From NCBI GenBank assembly GCA_030141605.1, contig JAQGDQ010000803.1:29884-93883 (forward strand): a stretch of DNA of 64,000 nt. Direction: 5' to 3'. Position numbers and translations under genes: made by a program. Below are positions 60,427 through 64,000 of the stretch, one piece after another. Positions within the stretch are counted from its first letter, which is position 1. Every line of letters begins with the position of its first letter. The notes beneath the pieces were generated by a model. That model did no database searches, was not told the origin of the DNA, and was given only the letters and a program-made list of their open reading frames with translations. Origin of the DNA: Tubiluchus corallicola. Taxonomy: Eukaryota > Animalia > Priapulida.

Positions 60427-62559
60427 TTATTTAAAGTTTATTAATGTGTTTGATATTGTATTTTTTGATGTGTGAAATAAAATTCATAGTTCATAACATT
60501 CTTAACCTTTATCTAATGTACAAAAGGTTTACCATTAGCAAAATTTCTATTTTTAGTTTAAATTCATAAGGAAATCACGAAATACATATCTTCATATACA
60601 TACACACACACGCATATATATATATATATATATATATATAGTAACAAAAAGAGACACACAGCAGTTCTATTTCAACAACATTAATTTAATTTAGATGTTT
60701 AGCTTTCCATACACGGTGTGTTCATCAGATCAAAGAAGTTGACAGAGGGATATATTGTGACAGGCCCATTTATGAATATATATACTTTTCACGTATTTTA
60801 CTATATGAAGTTTATTATTGTAAGAAAAACTTGAAAGTGAAATTTTGCTGGCTGTTGGCTGTCATTTATTGAGATTCTCCTTTTCATATTTCATTCAATA
60901 TTATTAGAGTGAAACCAGAGTAAACAAATGTAAATAATGCACCCAGAGCGCACTATTTACACACACGGTGCATTATTTACATTCGTTTTCTCTGATGACA
61001 TAAGACATAAGAACTTTATTTCACACACAAACCACGATTTACAGCACGTAGTCAGTTGAAGAATAAAAATTTAAATAGTGTGGGTAAAGGGAACGACCAT
61101 ACGTCCCCCCCATACTCTTTTGCTCCCATATATGAAATGAAATACATATTTTTAATCAGCATTGCAGACTATAATGAAGTTACTTTTACTAGACAATAAA
61201 ATGGCGTTGTTTTTTAAATTGTAGTTCTTTTTCTCAGTTACTGCTTTAATTAAATGTTAGATAACATAGAACCTAAATTACAAACAGTGAATAAAATAAT
61301 TATACGAATTTGTAAAACAGGGAACTTGCGAATTGCCTTGAATGAAGAAGAAGAAAAATTACATCACATATGTTTGATTCCAAGACATAAAAAGACAACA
61401 ATTTTTAAATGAAATATTATCAAAAACAACACAAAATATCATCCAATTTTGCTGACTTTGAGATTAACAATTTAAATTAATAATAGTAAGTTCATTTTGA
61501 TTAATACCAGTATTCATTTTCGGAACTTTTATTACGAGTGTGGATTTAGACGATTAAAATAATTAGTTAAAAAAAAACAAAAAAACAAATATAGTTTCAC
61601 TCTAATGATGTTGAATGAAATACGCAAACAGAAGATCTCAGAAGATGACAGCCAGCAGAATTTCACTTTCACGTGTTTCTTACAATAATAACCTTTACAT
61701 AATAAAATACGTGACATCATCATCATCATCTCCGTCATCGTCATCGTCATCGTTGTCGTAATCATCATTAATTTCAGTAACATCAAGAGCAAGAACACAT
61801 GCCTCACTACGCTAATGTAAAATAGTCGTCTATCAACATCGCTCTACTTTAACTACAAATCCGTAAAACTTAAACATAGAATAACGAGATTTCTTTCAGA
61901 AGCAAATAAAATTAGTAACTTGAAACAATATGAAACAAAAAACTCCCGGGGAAAGAAAGAAAACTACCCTTTCCACTACATTTTATTGTACTTCACCATA
62001 TATAAGAGTCAGAAGCAGATTTCAGTATGAGAAAAACCAGTTTAGTTGCAAAGTTGGCAGGCAAATTCACTCATAAATCAAACTAAAACGAAGTCGATTT
62101 CAAATTAAAGAAAAAATCCAAACACATCCAGCAACTGCACGAAGCAACCAGATGGAAAATTATTTGCTAAGCAAATATGCTAACGCGCTGTAAAATCGGG
62201 GAGGCAAAGACGATTTTAATTAAAAATTTAATTAGAGAGGAAAGACTAAATAAAAGAAAAGTGAGGCGGTGTGTACCGAAACACTTCAGAGACTAAGAAC
62301 GTCTTAAGAATATTCAGAACTCTTGTAAAAATAATCCTCAGAACTCCTGTAAAAACAATCCTATAAGCATCATTCATTGAACTCCAACACCGGCTCATAG
62401 CAAAAGCTTTCCTATACTTTTACGAACGTAAAGATGACTAAAGCAACTCAAAAAATGAATTATTTGTCCACGGAAACACATCCATCATTTTTAAATTCTT
62501 GTTATGGCAAATGAAAAAGATTAACCTAGGCTGGCAGCAACGCTACGGTTTATAGAATG

Positions 62560-63050
62560 CTTGGATAACATTAAACAATCTTCTCTGGGAGCGAAGTGAT
62601 GCAATATACCTCTTAACCGGTTGCAATTTCAGGAATTAAGAGAGAGGATTTGACAGAAATCGGGCAGTCAGTTTCCAGAAGGCAACATTATCTTCTGAAT
62701 GCAGAAAAATCAAAAGCTTTGAGCTTTGCTACTTCACAAATAAAACTGTAGCATGATAATAGTTTAGCAATTTGAAACTCCCCTTATTGAGATTTCGAAG
62801 AAAGATTGGCGATTTGATCCTGATGTTTCGTATCAAGAACAATCTCACTAAACTACAGCCTGGTCGTTATTTTGCTAATATTCTACCAGGTGATGGATTA
62901 TAAAGTTATTAAACGCAGATGCAGAAACAGGAATGGATTTATGTTCAGGACTGTCAATGATTGGAATTCATTAAACACAAAGGTATGGTGTGCCACTAAT
63001 GCTTCACACCTTAAGTCATGACTGGATCAGTATTGGAAAGCCATCTTGAA
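62560..63050 (+). mobile_element. Degraded CR1-like LINE 3' end
   Basis: Remnants LKLPLLRFRRKIGDLILMFRI, FMFRTVNDWNSL and LDQYWK are typical of a CR1 ORF2 C-terminus. Confidence 0.6.
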
Positions 63051-64000
63051 ATGCATCACGACCCATTTCAGTCTGAATGGATCCACTGGATCAGTATTGG
63101 AAAGCCATCCTGAAATGCATCAGGACCCATTTCAATCTGAATGGACCCCACTGGATCAGTATTGGAAAGCCATCCTGAAATGTATCACACGACCCATTTC
63201 AGTCTGAATGGACCCACTGGATCAGTATTGGAAAGCCATCTTGAAATGTATCACGACCCATTTCAGTCTGAATGGACCCACTGGATCAGTATTGGAAAGC
63301 CATCCTAAAATATATCACGACCCATTTCAGTCTAAATGGACCCACTGGAGTCTGAATGGACCCACTGGATCAGTATTGGAAAGCCATCCTAAAATATATC
63401 ACGACCCATTTCAGTCTGAATGGACCCACTGGATCAGTATTGGAAAGCCATCCTGAAATGTATCACGACCCATTTCAGTCTGAATGGACCCACTGGATCA
63501 GTATTGGAAAGCCATCCTAAAATATATCACGACCCATTTCAGTCTAAATGGACCCACTGGAGTCTGAATGGACCCACTGGATCAGTATTGGAAAGCCATC
63601 CTAAAATATATCACGACCCATTTCAGTCTGAATGGACCCACTGGATCAGTATTGGAAAGCCATCCTGAAATGTATCACGACCCATTTCAGTCTGAATGGA
63701 CCCACTGGATCAGTATTGGAAAGCCATCCTAAAATATATCACGACCCATTTCAGTCTAAATGGACCCACTGGAGTCTGAATGGACCCACTGGATCAGTAT
63801 TGGAAAGCCATCCTAAAATATATCACGACCCATTTCAGTCTGAATGGACCCACTGGATCAGTATTGGAAAGCCATCCTGAAATGTATCACGACCCATTTC
63901 AGTCTGAATGGACCCCACTGGATCAGTACTGGAAAGCCATCCTGAAATGTATCACACGACCCATTTCAGTCTGAATGGACTCACTGGATCTGTATTGGAA
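63021..64000. repeat. 64-bp tandem repeat with a 212-bp higher-order unit; runs off the window end
   Basis: Unit ccactggatcagtattggaaagccatcctgaaatgtatcacgacccatttcagtctgaatggac; identical ORFs recur every 212 bp. Confidence 0.95.

Noticed and set aside
61705-61812. Asp-rich stretch on the - strand as an upstream syndecan exon
   Set aside because: No SG motif and no convincing donor in the phase needed to join the 59067 exon; likely a simple (GAT/GAC)n repeat.
63208-63974. Three identical 82-aa ORFs as a gene family
   Set aside because: Result of the 212-bp higher-order tandem repeat.

Overview
AT-rich, intron-rich animal genomic DNA, probably from an invertebrate or arthropod-like protostome (judged from the syndecan tail and 5S sequence). 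Nearly all entries in the ORF track are artefacts of repeats. Manual splicing gives two convergent genes. (1) A 26-exon + strand gene (70-46956, 3822 nt CDS, about 1273 aa, all introns GT-AG with matching phases). Its N-terminal half has an AT-hook and four C2HC+C2H2 zinc-finger pairs resembling vertebrate ZNF512/ZNF512B. Its C-terminal half is the WD40 region of the Pol III factor subunit TFIIIC110 (GTF3C2), so it appears to be a ZNF512-GTF3C2 fusion. (2) The last four exons of syndecan on the - strand (59067-49754). An intron of the TFIIIC gene holds a near-intact 5S rRNA copy that heads a SINE flanked by a target-site duplication (TSD). Introns also contain many hAT, Tc1/mariner and Harbinger-like MITEs, solo LTRs, LINE fragments and more than a dozen distinct tandem arrays, one of which has copied an exon end and its splice donor about 23 times. 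Family assignments come from recalled motifs; no database search was run.
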